DNA of 39,374 nucleotides from a virus (Duplodnaviria; Heunggongvirae; Uroviricota; Caudoviricetes): IMG/VR virus record IMGVR_UViG_2913147268_000006, positions 1 to 39,374 of that record; one strand, 5' to 3'. Shown piece by piece: positions 29,354 to 39,374 of this stretch (position 1 is its first letter; each line of letters starts with the position of its first letter). The notes under the pieces were generated by a model. It saw only the letters and a program-made list of their open reading frames with translations, ran no database searches and was not told where the DNA came from. The position numbers and the translations under genes were made by a program.

Positions 29354-30142
29354 TCACTTTTCCGACACAATACGACCGGATGAATCGACAATCTGTCGAA
29401 CAATATCCTGGTGCTTGTTCAGCTCCCGCAGCGCGGCGCAGACTCGCTCCCACTTCTGAACATCACTTTTCGCCCTGCGCAGCGCCAGGTTTGCCCTGCG
29501 AAGGGACGGAAAAATCAGCTCATCTGCTTGCGTTTCGGTAAACGATGGCAACGGCTGCACAATGTCCGCCACAGTTTCTGTTTTAATTTCTTCCTGTGTT
29601 GCGGCTTCCCGGACTGGTAACGCAGCACCTGCTGGCTGAGGAAAGGCCTTACCATCACTTTCCGTTACCAGCGCGGCTTTCGGCTCTGCTGGTAAATTAT
29701 CGCCCGGCATGCAGTAACGAAATTTACCGTTCTGATTAACGCGTGCCAGCCGCCCCGTTGCGGTTACCACCGCCAGCGTGGAGGCAACCTTGCGAGTACT
29801 GACGCCGAACTTACCCGCCAGTTCCTCACACGTTTTAGCACCATCCTGACCGATAAACTCAATCATCATGTCTGCGGTAACTTTTTGTTCGACCTCCCCG
29901 GTCAGCATATCCTGTGCTTCAGATTTTACTGGCCGCTCTTCGGTTACCCGGGATTCACCTTCGCCAGCCAGAAACCAGGTGTGACCAGTTTTATCAACGA
30001 CGCCATTTCTTTTGAGTTCCCACAGCTCGTTGAGAACCTCTTCACGACTGATATCAAGTCGCGCGGCCAGTTCTACCGATGTGGCTTTTCCCATTGCTTT
30101 CAGTGCGTCAAATACGGTTTCCATTAAAATTTCCTCCGACAA
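29354..30142 (-). CDS. DUF1627-like winged-helix protein
   Basis: 262 aa; two wHTH-like segments; common lambdoid early-region protein. Confidence 0.6.
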   Translation of the reverse strand: MSEEILMETVFDALKAMGKATSVELAARLDISREEVLNELWELKRNGVVDKTGHTWFLAGEGESRVTEERPVKSEAQDMLTGEVEQKVTADMMIEFIGQDGAKTCEELAGKFGVSTRKVASTLAVVTATGRLARVNQNGKFRYCMPGDNLPAEPKAALVTESDGKAFPQPAGAALPVREAATQEEIKTETVADIVQPLPSFTETQADELIFPSLRRANLALRRAKSDVQKWERVCAALRELNKHQDIVRQIVDSSGRIVSEK

Positions 30143-30157
30143 AATCGTTTCTCAGAT

Positions 30158-30700
30158 TCAAATAAAACCAGCTGCCTTCCGGCGTTCGTATTCCTGTTTC
30201 AGCCGTTCAATTGGCGTTGGCCCTTGCGGGTGTTTCGCCCCTTCCAGTTGTCGTCGCACTGGCGGAACACTCATCCCGTTACCAACATGCTTTGCCCATT
30301 TCGTCAGTTGCCGTTCCGCAAGTCGTTTTAACTCACCCTGCGTCATCTGGCGCTCAATCCCTCTGGTACGCATTTCGAGGCAGATGTGGTACAGCACAGG
30401 CTGAGGCCACGGATATTTGTCGCTTCCGTCATATCGCCAGGACTCATCACGCCAGCGGCGGTACTCCTCCATCACAGCATCCACCGTCAGGCCAAATGGA
30501 TTGGCCCCGCTTTCTGAAATCAGCGCCACAAACTCAGCCAGGTCCGGAGGCCATGTTTCACCCGCCCGGCAGCGGTCCATGCACTGGCGGCAGACCTGTC
30601 GGATTTGCTGCTCAGTCATCGCGCCAATCTGTGCAATCCAGAGCTTCGAAGGTGCGGCCCCGTTCTTCTGGGTCCAGCGGTTCGAATAAACCTCCCCCAT
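30158..30700 (-). CDS. Replication protein P-like helicase loader
   Basis: C-terminal half resembles lambda P (YPW...L...M...EL...L pattern); start uncertain, track ORF extends to 30823 and overlaps O. Confidence 0.65.
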   Translation of the reverse strand: MGEVYSNRWTQKNGAAPSKLWIAQIGAMTEQQIRQVCRQCMDRCRAGETWPPDLAEFVALISESGANPFGLTVDAVMEEYRRWRDESWRYDGSDKYPWPQPVLYHICLEMRTRGIERQMTQGELKRLAERQLTKWAKHVGNGMSVPPVRRQLEGAKHPQGPTPIERLKQEYERRKAAGFI

Positions 30701-31652
30701 GAGTTCCCACAGCTTCCAGACTGTTTCCGTCGCTGATAAATCCGTTTTCACGTTCCCACTGCTCACGTGCTGCCCGAATTTCCTGAACTGCCCGTGATGC
30801 GGTGCCACCTGGTGCTGCTGCATGGTTTACCCCCTTGCTGACTGGTTTAACCTGCGCCCTGACGTGATTTACGTGACGGGCGAATTTCTGCTCCCACTGA
30901 ATCTGCGTAAACACTTTCCCCTCCGCTGCCCAGTAGTCCCGGAAGGCGGCAAGTTCAGCAGGTGTAAATTCTGTCTCCGGCAAAGCCATCCCCCACAACG
31001 CAGCCCGTCGTCGAAAATCCCGTGACGGATACCAGCTATCGGTCATCGGAAATTTTCCGATGGGTTCGCTCAGGCCATCCAGGAATACAAGGGGTGCTGC
31101 CTGTAACGACAAAACTTCCTGCTCACTGGTCGGAGCACTCTCGCGTGCGTTATGTGTGGGGTTTAGATCTTTGGGTTCCTTTGGGTTCCGTGATCCGTTT
31201 TTGGGTGTCTTTGATGGAAAATTTGGGTGTCTTTGGTTATTTTCCATGCAGCTAAGAGTTCCATTTTTGGGTCTGTTTTGTGCTGAAACATAACCATTTT
31301 CGGTACTGTTTTTATTAACAGCACCAATTTTACCCACCTTTAAAGACTCCCGTTTTTGGGTGTATTCAGGCTCGGCAACACTTTCTTCTACACCGATAAG
31401 TCGGTACACCACAATTTGCTTTGTTCTGCCTTTTCTCTCACCGGTATCAACAATTAACCCAATCTCCATCAGGTGTCGTAAGCTGTCCTGCACAGTCTTT
31501 TTGTTTAGTTCCGTTACTTCTGCCAGTGCAGATACAGACGGGTATGCACACAAATCGGCACCGCACATATCAGCAAGCCAGGTCAATACAGACTTACTGG
31601 ATGAACTGCCGGTTTTCACCTTTTTAGCCCATCGTAGTGCATCGATACTCAT
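30612..31652 (-). CDS. Replication initiator O-like protein (N-terminal HTH, iteron-encoded linker, DnaT-like C-terminal domain)
   Basis: Start taken at MSIDALRW (track ORF begins 31727); PKNG-type repeats in linker mirror the DNA iterons. Confidence 0.7.
   Translation of the reverse strand: MSIDALRWAKKVKTGSSSSKSVLTWLADMCGADLCAYPSVSALAEVTELNKKTVQDSLRHLMEIGLIVDTGERKGRTKQIVVYRLIGVEESVAEPEYTQKRESLKVGKIGAVNKNSTENGYVSAQNRPKNGTLSCMENNQRHPNFPSKTPKNGSRNPKEPKDLNPTHNARESAPTSEQEVLSLQAAPLVFLDGLSEPIGKFPMTDSWYPSRDFRRRAALWGMALPETEFTPAELAAFRDYWAAEGKVFTQIQWEQKFARHVNHVRAQVKPVSKGVNHAAAPGGTASRAVQEIRAAREQWERENGFISDGNSLEAVGTHGGGLFEPLDPEERGRTFEALDCTDWRDD
31165..31370. repeat. Origin-like iteron array (TTTGGGT core, at least 6 copies) inside O gene, followed by AT-rich stretch
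   Basis: Seen directly: ctttgggttcc x2, tttttgggtgtcttt, atttgggtgtcttt, tttttgggtctg, gtttttgggtgtatt. Confidence 0.6.
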
Positions 31653-32175
31653 ACAAACCCCTGGCAGACATTTGTTTATCTGCAAAGTAATATTGATATT
31701 GCTGACGATACGCATGCTTGAAAGCAATAGCTTTTTCTATAAGCTCGTCAGTCTCACGTTCCACAACAGCTGGATCCGCAAAAAGCAACCCGGACTCCAC
31801 CACATCGCCATATTCTTTGTTTAATCCGGCGATCATGTACGTAATGCTTTTTCCATCACTGATCTCACGATACAACCTGAAATCACTAATTCGGATAGCC
31901 TCCATAATTGCCGGAATCAGCGCCGTGAATTTTTTCCGCTTATCCCTGGTGTCGATAGCTTTCCAGCGTTCGAATATCTTCACCCGGTTAACGCCCAGCG
32001 CCCGTTGATCAACCTCGCCATCATTAAACGTGACGCGTTGAACATCGATGTTCGGGCGTTCTTTCAGAGCCCAGAATGCTTCCGTGATTAATATCGTCGC
32101 TTGCTCCTGTGTCATTCCTGGTCGACATACCCAGGCATCCAGAGCCTCACAAACCTGTTCAGGGGTGATTTTCAT
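31624..32175 (-). CDS. YdaT-like regulatory protein (cII-position gene)
   Basis: 183 aa; position directly after cro-like dicC. Confidence 0.55.
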   Translation of the reverse strand: MKITPEQVCEALDAWVCRPGMTQEQATILITEAFWALKERPNIDVQRVTFNDGEVDQRALGVNRVKIFERWKAIDTRDKRKKFTALIPAIMEAIRISDFRLYREISDGKSITYMIAGLNKEYGDVVESGLLFADPAVVERETDELIEKAIAFKHAYRQQYQYYFADKQMSARGLYEYRCTTMG

Positions 32176-32386
32176 TGTTCAACCGCCCCGCCCGCTTTGC
32201 CTTACGATATTCGTCATAAACTTTGGGGTCGTACTGAAGTTCCCCGCCGGATGCCTCCTGTAGACGCATCGCGCGACCTTCAGGAACCAGTTTCCCCCAT
32301 GCAGCAACGCTTGCCAGCCTAACTCCTGCGGCATTGGCAAGCTTTGTTTTGCTGCCAAAAAACGCTATAGCATCAATTTTCAACAT
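32159..32386 (-). CDS. dicC: Cro-like repressor DicC
   Basis: 75 aa; close match from memory to E. coli Qin DicC (LQEASGGELQYDPKVYDEYRK...). Confidence 0.85.
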   Translation of the reverse strand: MLKIDAIAFFGSKTKLANAAGVRLASVAAWGKLVPEGRAMRLQEASGGELQYDPKVYDEYRKAKRAGRLNNENHP

Positions 32387-32462
32387 ATCGAACTCCTTAG
32401 ATTTTCCTAAGGAAACTAGATCGTAGAGAAACCTAAGTCAAGAAAAATTAGAATTACCTAAT
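32387..32462. promoter_or_regulatory. Divergent dicC/dicA promoter-operator region
   Basis: Inverted repeat tccttag-attttc-ctaagga at about 32394-32413 plus further cctaag half-sites. Confidence 0.5.
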
Positions 32463-32870
32463 ATGAAAAACGAAACCTTCGGTGCTCGCCTCTTATACAG
32501 GCGTAAAAAATTAAAACTGTCTCAGGCCGCATTAGGTAAGCTGGTCAAAGTGGCTCACGTAACAATTTCTCAATGGGAAAGAGATGAAACACAGCCAGCG
32601 GGGAAGAGATTATTCGCACTGAGCCAGGCGCTTCAGTGCTCGCCGACTTGGCTTCTTTTTGGAGATGAAGATAAGCAACCAGGCGAACCGATCCCAGATA
32701 ATCAGCCAGTTAATCTGACAGAAGATCAAAAAGAGTTGCTTCAACTGTTCGACGCACTGCCTGAGTCAGAGCAAAAGGCTCTGTTGTCAGAGATGCGTGC
32801 TCGAGTTGAGAATTTCAACAAACTTTTTGAAGAACTACTCAAAGCTCGCAAAAGAAGCGCAAATAAATAA
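32463..32870 (+). CDS. dicA: XRE-family repressor DicA
   Basis: 135 aa; strong similarity from memory to Qin DicA (HTH ...SQWERD..., FALSQALQCSPTWLLFGDEDKQP). Confidence 0.9.
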   Translation: MKNETFGARLLYRRKKLKLSQAALGKLVKVAHVTISQWERDETQPAGKRLFALSQALQCSPTWLLFGDEDKQPGEPIPDNQPVNLTEDQKELLQLFDALPESEQKALLSEMRARVENFNKLFEELLKARKRSANK

Positions 32871-33077
32871 CCCCCCCTTTTTTTTCGCCACTCTCTGTAA
32901 TAAAAAGCACAAACTTTCAAATGATTGTGTTTTTTACATCAAAAAAACTTAGGTTTTTCTACACAAAAAGCTTGACCACAATTCTTAGATTATTCTAAAT
33001 TCTACTCATCAAGACACCGCACGGTGTTCTCAGCAAACAGTTCCGCTACCCTGGCGTTAAGGGGAAATGAGGTCAGC

Positions 33078-33230
33078 ATGGATACTATCGATCTTGGCAA
33101 CAACGAATCTCTGGTATGCGGCGTGTTTCCCAACCAGGACGGCACGTTTACCGCGATGACGTATACCAGAAGCAAAACGTTTAAAACTGAAGCTGGCGCG
33201 CGTCGCTGGTTAACCAGAAACACTGACTGA
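33078..33230 (+). CDS. ydfA: YdfA-like small protein (DUF1391)
   Basis: Start at MDTIDLGNNESLV (track ORF begins at GTG 33024). Confidence 0.75.
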   Translation: MDTIDLGNNESLVCGVFPNQDGTFTAMTYTRSKTFKTEAGARRWLTRNTD

Positions 33231-33616
33231 TGAGGTTGACGATGGAATTTAAAGATTTACCAGTACCATTCCAGGAAATGGCAGCGAATATAGTTCGTTC
33301 CCAACTGGCGACTCTTGACCTGAGTACCGTAGAAAAAGAAACCATCGATACTATATCCGGTAACGTTCGTCGTGCCTTTATCGGTCTGTGCGAAGAGAAG
33401 CAGCTCTCTGATAACCAGGATTTACATGAAAAATACTTCCTGGAATTAATGGACATCATTAATAAAGGATTTGGCTTGTTAATGAAAAAGAAAGGGATTC
33501 GAATAGCTCCCCTTGAAAATCATTTTACAGCAAGCAGTATTAATTCCTGTGATTTAAAGCATCACACATCCGATGGGAAAGTTGAATCAAACAACAAAAT
33601 ATCAATTAATCATTAA
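33230..33616 (+). CDS. Hypothetical protein
   Basis: 128 aa ORF translationally coupled to ydfA (TGATG overlap). Confidence 0.5.
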   Translation: MRLTMEFKDLPVPFQEMAANIVRSQLATLDLSTVEKETIDTISGNVRRAFIGLCEEKQLSDNQDLHEKYFLELMDIINKGFGLLMKKKGIRIAPLENHFTASSINSCDLKHHTSDGKVESNNKISINH

Positions 33617-33919
33617 TTTATTCACAGGTGAGGTAGAGTGCGTGCGCCGGACACGGATAAGAATCCGGCACTGACAGTTTACTGAAAAGGATATATCCCT
33701 GAAAAGTCAGGGCATAACGCGAAAGCGCACGGCGAAGTTCGTCTCTCTGTAGGTAGTCGTTAAATTTTCGTCGACCGTGCGCTTCCGGTTGTGGCAATCC
33801 GCGAAATGGCGCGGCGGTAAGTATGGCGGGGTTATTCCTTCCCCCGTTGAGGACACCGGGTTGTCAGGTTGACCATACGCTTAAGTGACAACCCCGCTGC
33901 AACGCCCTCTGTTATCAAT

Positions 33920-33977
33920 TTTCTGGTGACTTTTGGCGGTATCAGTTCTACTCCGTGACTGCTCTGCCGCCCTTTTT
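33920..33977 (+). ncRNA. dicF: DicF small RNA (ftsZ-targeting sRNA) with intrinsic terminator
   Basis: Sequence tttctggtgacttttggcggtatcagttctactccgtgactgctctgccgcccttttt matches remembered DicF closely; GGCGG/CCGCC stem and T-run. Confidence 0.75.
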
Positions 33978-34451
33978 AAAGTGAATTTTGTGATGCGGTG
34001 AATGCGGCTAAGCGCACGCGGAACAGTTAAAACCAAAAACAGTGTTATGGGTGGATTCTCTGTATCCGGCGTTAATTGTTAACTGGTTAACGTCACCTGG
34101 AGGCACCAGGCACCGCATCAACAAAGTTCACTTCGGTGATGAAAGGTAGAGAAAATGTTGAATGTAGCTATTGAAAACCAGAACGGGTGGAATTATAGTG
34201 CACCTGCACCTCATAAAACGGGTGCCGGGCGTGGAAACCCGAAATCATTCACGGCGCATAACCGCGCTCAGGCGGTTTTTTTATGCGTTAAGCACAGCCA
34301 CATTCGCATTATGGTGGGGCGTGCAGGGCAGCCGCAAGGCTGGCCGGGTTCCGTGATGACCGGTATTTCCACCCCTGTACGTCTCACCACCCTTATGGTC
34401 GTGGAAAACCTCGGTGGTGAGTTAATCAAATTCATCGCGGAGGCTGCCATC

Positions 34452-35009
34452 ATGGCTACTATCCTTACCCTTTCTCACCCTGACGTAACCATCGAAAATG
34501 GTCGCGCTGTCACTACGTCTGTTGCGATCGCCGAGTTCTTTGGCAAACGCCACGAACGAGTGTTGGATAAAATTCGCAATCTGGACTGTTCAGCAAAATT
34601 CACTGAGCACAATTTTGTGTCGAGCGAATACACCGACTCAACCGGGCGCAAACTCCCAATGTACCAAATCACCAAAAACGGCTTCGTTTTCCTGGTGATG
34701 GGGTTCACAGGTAAAAAAGCCGCAACTTTCAAAGAAGCCTACATCGCTGAGTTCGATCGCATGGAGGAAGAACTGCGCCAGAATAACGCCCCGTCTCCCG
34801 ACAAAATGATTCACGGGGACGGACGCACCCTGGTTATCCGTCTCGACGAACACGGCAATATCAAATTCACTGAAACCGTTCCTGACGGCGCAATGGTCTG
34901 CACCCTGGATACCTTCCGGTTTTATCTGGAGAAACAAGGATGGACTCTTGTAAACCGGAGCGCAATTAAAAATATGACTGTGGAGCAATTGCTAAAAATT
35001 CATTGTTGA
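34452..35009 (+). CDS. Rha family phage regulatory protein
   Basis: Start at MATILTLSHPDV with GGAGG SD; Rha motif AIAEFFGKRHERVLDKIRNL; the 5' part of track ORF 34155-35009 is judged non-coding. Confidence 0.7.
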   Translation: MATILTLSHPDVTIENGRAVTTSVAIAEFFGKRHERVLDKIRNLDCSAKFTEHNFVSSEYTDSTGRKLPMYQITKNGFVFLVMGFTGKKAATFKEAYIAEFDRMEEELRQNNAPSPDKMIHGDGRTLVIRLDEHGNIKFTETVPDGAMVCTLDTFRFYLEKQGWTLVNRSAIKNMTVEQLLKIHC

Positions 35010-35019
35010 GGACGCGATA

Positions 35020-35208
35020 ATGGAAACGTCACTACCAAACGTTAATACGTCTGACGGGTGCTTTAATATTGGTGTTCTGCTCAGTAACAGGGATTTCACC
35101 GAGGATGCAATCAATATGAGAAAATATGAACCCTACCTGCTGAATGACAATTCCATACTCTCCAGAATTGCCCTTCTTAAACTCGGTATTTTCGGAGAGT
35201 GGCGATGA
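35020..35208 (+). CDS. dicB: Cell division inhibitor DicB
   Basis: 62 aa; METSLPNVNTSDGCF... similar to Qin DicB. Confidence 0.85.
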   Translation: METSLPNVNTSDGCFNIGVLLSNRDFTEDAINMRKYEPYLLNDNSILSRIALLKLGIFGEWR

Positions 35209-35408
35209 ACACATTATTCATACTCATTCTGACTGTATATCTCAATACTGGTGAGTCGCTTGATGCAATCACCGGCATGTACAACTCAATGAAAGAATGC
35301 ATGGCTGCCGCAGCGGAACAGAAAATTCCCGGCAACTGTTATCCGGTCGATAAAGTTATTCACATGGACAATAACGAAATCCCGGCAGGATTAAAAACAG
35401 CGCCGTAA
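35205..35408 (+). CDS. ydfD: YdfD-like small membrane/lysis protein
   Basis: ATG at 35205 overlaps dicB stop (ATGA); hydrophobic N-terminus. Confidence 0.7.
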   Translation: MNTLFILILTVYLNTGESLDAITGMYNSMKECMAAAAEQKIPGNCYPVDKVIHMDNNEIPAGLKTAP

Positions 35409-35487
35409 TTAATATCCAGTTTCATTTTTATATGCCAGCAATGGCAGGGATTTGTTCACCCTTAAATCTGTAATGAGGTAAAACAAA

Positions 35488-37815
35488 ATGAGTAAAGTCT
35501 TTATTTGCGCCGCCATTCCGGACGAACAGGCAATAAAGGAAGAAGGTGCCGTCGCTGTAGCCACTGCCATTGAAGCCGGTGATGAACGTCGCGCCCGCGC
35601 AAAATTTCACTGGCAATTCCTGGAACATTATCCGGCTGCTCAGGACTGCGCTTATAAATTTCTTGTTTGCGAGGATAAACCCGGTATACCCCGCCCTGCC
35701 CTCGATTCCTGGGATGCTGAATATATGCAGGAAAACCGCTGGGATGAGGAATCCGCTTCCTTTATTCCGGTCGAACCAGAATCCGATCCGATGAACGTCA
35801 ATTTTGACAAGCTGTCCCTTGAAGTACAGAACGCGGTCCTGGTTAAGTTCGGTACATGTGAAAACATCACCGTTGATATGGCGATTGACGCGCAGGAATT
35901 ACTGCAGGAAGACGTTGCTACCTTTGACGGGCATATCGTTGAAGCACTGATGAAAACGCCTGAAATTAACGCTATGTATCCGGAACGCAAACTGTTCGCT
36001 ATCGGATGGGTTAAACACAAATGTAATCCGGGTGCCAAATGGCCCGAAATTCAGGCTGAATTACGTAACTGGAAAAAACGGCAGGACGCAGAGCGCAAAG
36101 AGACTGGAAAATACACGTCTGTTGTTGATCTCGCCAGCGCCAGAGTCAATCAACAGAACACTGAAAACTCAGCAGGAAAAATCAACCCAGTCACTGCCGC
36201 CATTTGTCGCGAATACAAGCAGACATGGAAAACGCTGGATGAAGAACTGGCCTACGCTCTCTGGCCTGGCGATATTGATACCGGAAACATTGACGGCAGC
36301 ATCCATCGCTGGGCAAAAAATGAAGTTATCGACAAAGATCGCGAAGACTGGAAGCGCATTTCCGCATCAATGCGCAAACAACCCGATGCCGTTCGCTACG
36401 ACCGTCAGACTATTTTTGGCCTTGTCCGTGAGCGTCCGATCGACATTCACAAAGATCCCGTAGCACTGAACAAATACATCACTGAATACCTGACTACCAA
36501 GGGCGTGTTTGAAGATGACGAAGGAACAAATCAGGGCACAGCTGGTACTCTCCCGTCACCAGTACCAGAAACTGATGCAGTGGAAACGGCAATGCCGGAC
36601 AACGAAAAAACCGAATGCGAAGTGGAAGACGAACCATCTGTAGAGCGTGAGGGACCGTTCTACTTCCTTTTCACCGATAAGGACGGCGAAAAATACGGTC
36701 GCGCAAACAAACTTTCTGGTCTGGAAAAAGCACTGGCCCTGGGAGCTACGGAAATCACAAAAGAGGAATACTTCGCACGTAAAAACGGCACGTACTCAGG
36801 TTCACAACAAAATACTGGTGCATCTGACACGATCGCACAACCAGAGCCGATAAAAGTTACCGCTGACGAAGTAAACAAAATTATGCAGGCAGCCAATATC
36901 AGCCAGCCTGACGCCAATAAGTTGCTTGCTGTATCACGTGGTGAATTTGTTGCAGGGATTAGCGACCCGAATGATCCGAAATGGGTGAAGGGGATTGAAA
37001 CCCGCGATTCAGTGAATCAGAACCAGCAAGAAACGGAACAGAACGGCCAGAAAGCGGAACAAAACAGCCCAAATGCGTTACAAAACGAGCCAGAAACGAA
37101 ACAACCTGAACCAGTAGCGCAACAGGAACCGGAAAAAGTCTGCACCGCCTGCGGTCAGACCGGCGGCGGCAACTGCCCTGATTGTGGCGCGGTGATGGGT
37201 GACGCAACATACCAGGAAACATTCAATGAAGAGAATCAGGTTGAAGTTCAGGAAAATGATCCGGAGGAAATGGAACGTGTTGAATATCCGCACAAAGAGA
37301 ACGCTGGCGGTAATCAGCATCACACCAGCGATAATGAAGCTGGCGGGACGGCAAATCCCTTAATTACCATGAACGGTCATCATAAAATCACATCCACCAG
37401 CAGAATGTGGCACCACATGATGATCGACCTTGAAACCATGGGAAAAAATCCCGATGCCCCGCTTATCTCAATAGGTGCAATATTTTTCGATCCGCAAACC
37501 GGAGATATGGGGCCGGAATTTAGTAAGACCATCGATATGGATACTGCTGGCGGAGTCATTGATCGTGGCACCATTAAATGGTGGCTTAAGCAATCACGCG
37601 AAGCGCAATCTGCCATTATGACCGATGAAATCCCGTTAGATGATGCACTGTTACAATTGCGGGAGCAAACACGGCCAGCACACCGGGAATATCCTGCACT
37701 TCACGACCGGTATACGCTTCAGCACTGCCGTGCCAGCGGTATTTGCCGGTACAGAACGGAAAAAGACGGGATGCCGGATGCGCGGGCGCATTCTGCAGGT
37801 GCCGTCGAACTATAA
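35488..37815 (+). CDS. YdfE-like protein fused to Zn-ribbon and a DEDDh-type 3'-5' exonuclease-like domain, probably 3'-truncated
   Basis: 775 aa; N-terminal 300 aa YdfE-like; CTACGQ...CPDCG ribbon; MIDLETMG...FD exonuclease motif; last about 50 aa look out of frame. Confidence 0.55.
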   Translation: MSKVFICAAIPDEQAIKEEGAVAVATAIEAGDERRARAKFHWQFLEHYPAAQDCAYKFLVCEDKPGIPRPALDSWDAEYMQENRWDEESASFIPVEPESDPMNVNFDKLSLEVQNAVLVKFGTCENITVDMAIDAQELLQEDVATFDGHIVEALMKTPEINAMYPERKLFAIGWVKHKCNPGAKWPEIQAELRNWKKRQDAERKETGKYTSVVDLASARVNQQNTENSAGKINPVTAAICREYKQTWKTLDEELAYALWPGDIDTGNIDGSIHRWAKNEVIDKDREDWKRISASMRKQPDAVRYDRQTIFGLVRERPIDIHKDPVALNKYITEYLTTKGVFEDDEGTNQGTAGTLPSPVPETDAVETAMPDNEKTECEVEDEPSVEREGPFYFLFTDKDGEKYGRANKLSGLEKALALGATEITKEEYFARKNGTYSGSQQNTGASDTIAQPEPIKVTADEVNKIMQAANISQPDANKLLAVSRGEFVAGISDPNDPKWVKGIETRDSVNQNQQETEQNGQKAEQNSPNALQNEPETKQPEPVAQQEPEKVCTACGQTGGGNCPDCGAVMGDATYQETFNEENQVEVQENDPEEMERVEYPHKENAGGNQHHTSDNEAGGTANPLITMNGHHKITSTSRMWHHMMIDLETMGKNPDAPLISIGAIFFDPQTGDMGPEFSKTIDMDTAGGVIDRGTIKWWLKQSREAQSAIMTDEIPLDDALLQLREQTRPAHREYPALHDRYTLQHCRASGICRYRTEKDGMPDARAHSAGAVEL

Positions 37816-37969
37816 CCCGCAGACGCGGCAATACAGCGGTATCTGGGACGGAACGTTTAAGCCAGCATACAGCAACAACATGGCCTGGTGTCTGTGGGAT
37901 ATGCTGACCCATCCGCGCTACGGCATGGGGAAACGTCTTGGTGCGGCGGATGTGGAAGGCGGTGAATGA
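37778..37969 (+). pseudogene. Fragment of lambda-like host specificity protein J (N-terminal region)
   Basis: RGRILQVPSNYNPQTRQYSGIWDGTFKPAYSNNMAWCLWDMLTHPRYGMGKRLGAADV matches lambda J internal sequence. Confidence 0.6.
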
Positions 37970-38119
37970 TGCGGTCGCAAATATTCCGCAGCCGGCAGAC
38001 GGTAAAAGTCTCACCCCGGATGATGTGCGTCCGATGCTTGAACAGATGGTGAAGGAGGCGGTAAGCCATATTCATGTTCCGCGTGATGGTCGTGACTACG
38101 ATCCGGAGGACTGCAGATT

Positions 38120-38488
38120 GTGCTGGGGGCGGCAGCCATCGTGGGCTCTTTCTTCACTGCCGGGGCATCAATGGCGTTATGGGGTTCAGCCCTGGCAGCC
38201 GGTGGTTTTTCTGCCACCACGATGCTGTTTTCACTTGGAGCCAGCATGATTCTGGGCGGTGTGGCCCAGATGCTGGCCCCGAAGGCAAAAACACCGGATT
38301 ACCGCGCAACGGATAACGGCAGACAGAACACGTACTTTTCCTCGCTGGATAACATGATTGCCCAGGGGAACCCGATGCCGGTGCCTTACGGGGAAATGCT
38401 GGTTGGCTCCCGCCGTATATCCCAGGACATCAGCACCCGTGATGAAGGCGGGGGCGGAACGGTCGTGGTTATCGGGCGACAGGGATAA
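38120..38488 (+). pseudogene. Fragment of lambda-like tail assembly protein I (C-terminal part)
   Basis: FFTAGAS...GGFSA.TM.FSLGASM.LGGVAQMLAPKA...QNTYFSSLDNM.AQGN matches lambda gpI C-terminus. Confidence 0.65.
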
Positions 38489-38500
38489 AACATAAAAAAA

Positions 38501-38527
38501 TCCCGCAGTGATCGCGGAGCTGCGGGG
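38501..38527 (-). terminator. Hairpin with T-run (minus-strand reading) in foreign insert between I and J remnants
   Basis: cccgcag-tgatcgcggag-ctgcggg preceded by aaaaaaa on plus strand. Confidence 0.35.
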
Positions 38528-38624
38528 ACAGACAAATGAAGATCAATGTTAAGGAGTTGTTTTTGTTACTCGGGCAAAAAAACACTAACGCAGCGAAATT
38601 ATAAGCGCCACAGTCAGTGTGTGA

Positions 38625-39374
<750 letters not shown>

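Noticed and set aside
30211-30702. 163-aa plus-strand ORF
   Set aside because: Antisense to the P-like replication gene; no homology.
32871-32900. Poly-C/poly-T tract after dicA as a terminator
   Set aside because: No stem-forming inverted repeat precedes the T-run; more likely a homopolymer tract than an intrinsic terminator.
34155-34451. N-terminal 99 codons of the 284-aa track ORF upstream of rha
   Set aside because: No Rha similarity; a proper GGAGG-ATG start exists at 34452; upstream part probably non-coding 3' flank of DicF.
35652-36038. 128-aa minus-strand ORF
   Set aside because: Antisense to the ydfE-like gene; Ser-rich, no start context.

Overview
The window is a nearly complete, mosaic lambdoid prophage of the Qin / DicA-DicC type from an E. 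coli-like host, read here by protein similarity and sequence signals only (no database search was possible). Minus strand, high to low coordinate: dicC (cro-like), YdaT-like, O with an internal iteron origin, P, a nin-like block of small genes including a hokD-type toxin, Q antiterminator, a cargo ATPase, holin-lysozyme-Rz/Rz1, a second cargo ORF, HNH-terS-terL, portal-protease-HK97 capsid, connectors, and a Mu-like contractile tail (sheath, tube, tape measure, a third cargo ORF encoding a secreted protein, baseplate gp43-gp48 homologues, tail fiber). Plus strand: dicA, ydfA, the DicF sRNA, rha, dicB, ydfD and a ydfE-like gene, followed by scrambled lambda I/J tail-gene remnants. The best candidate for an undescribed system is the AT-rich P-loop ATPase at 22259-23650, which sits between Q and the holin as a self-contained promoter-gene-terminator cassette. 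No CRISPR array, tRNA or rRNA was seen. Coordinates of features not on the ORF track were hand-counted and may be off by 1-2 nt.
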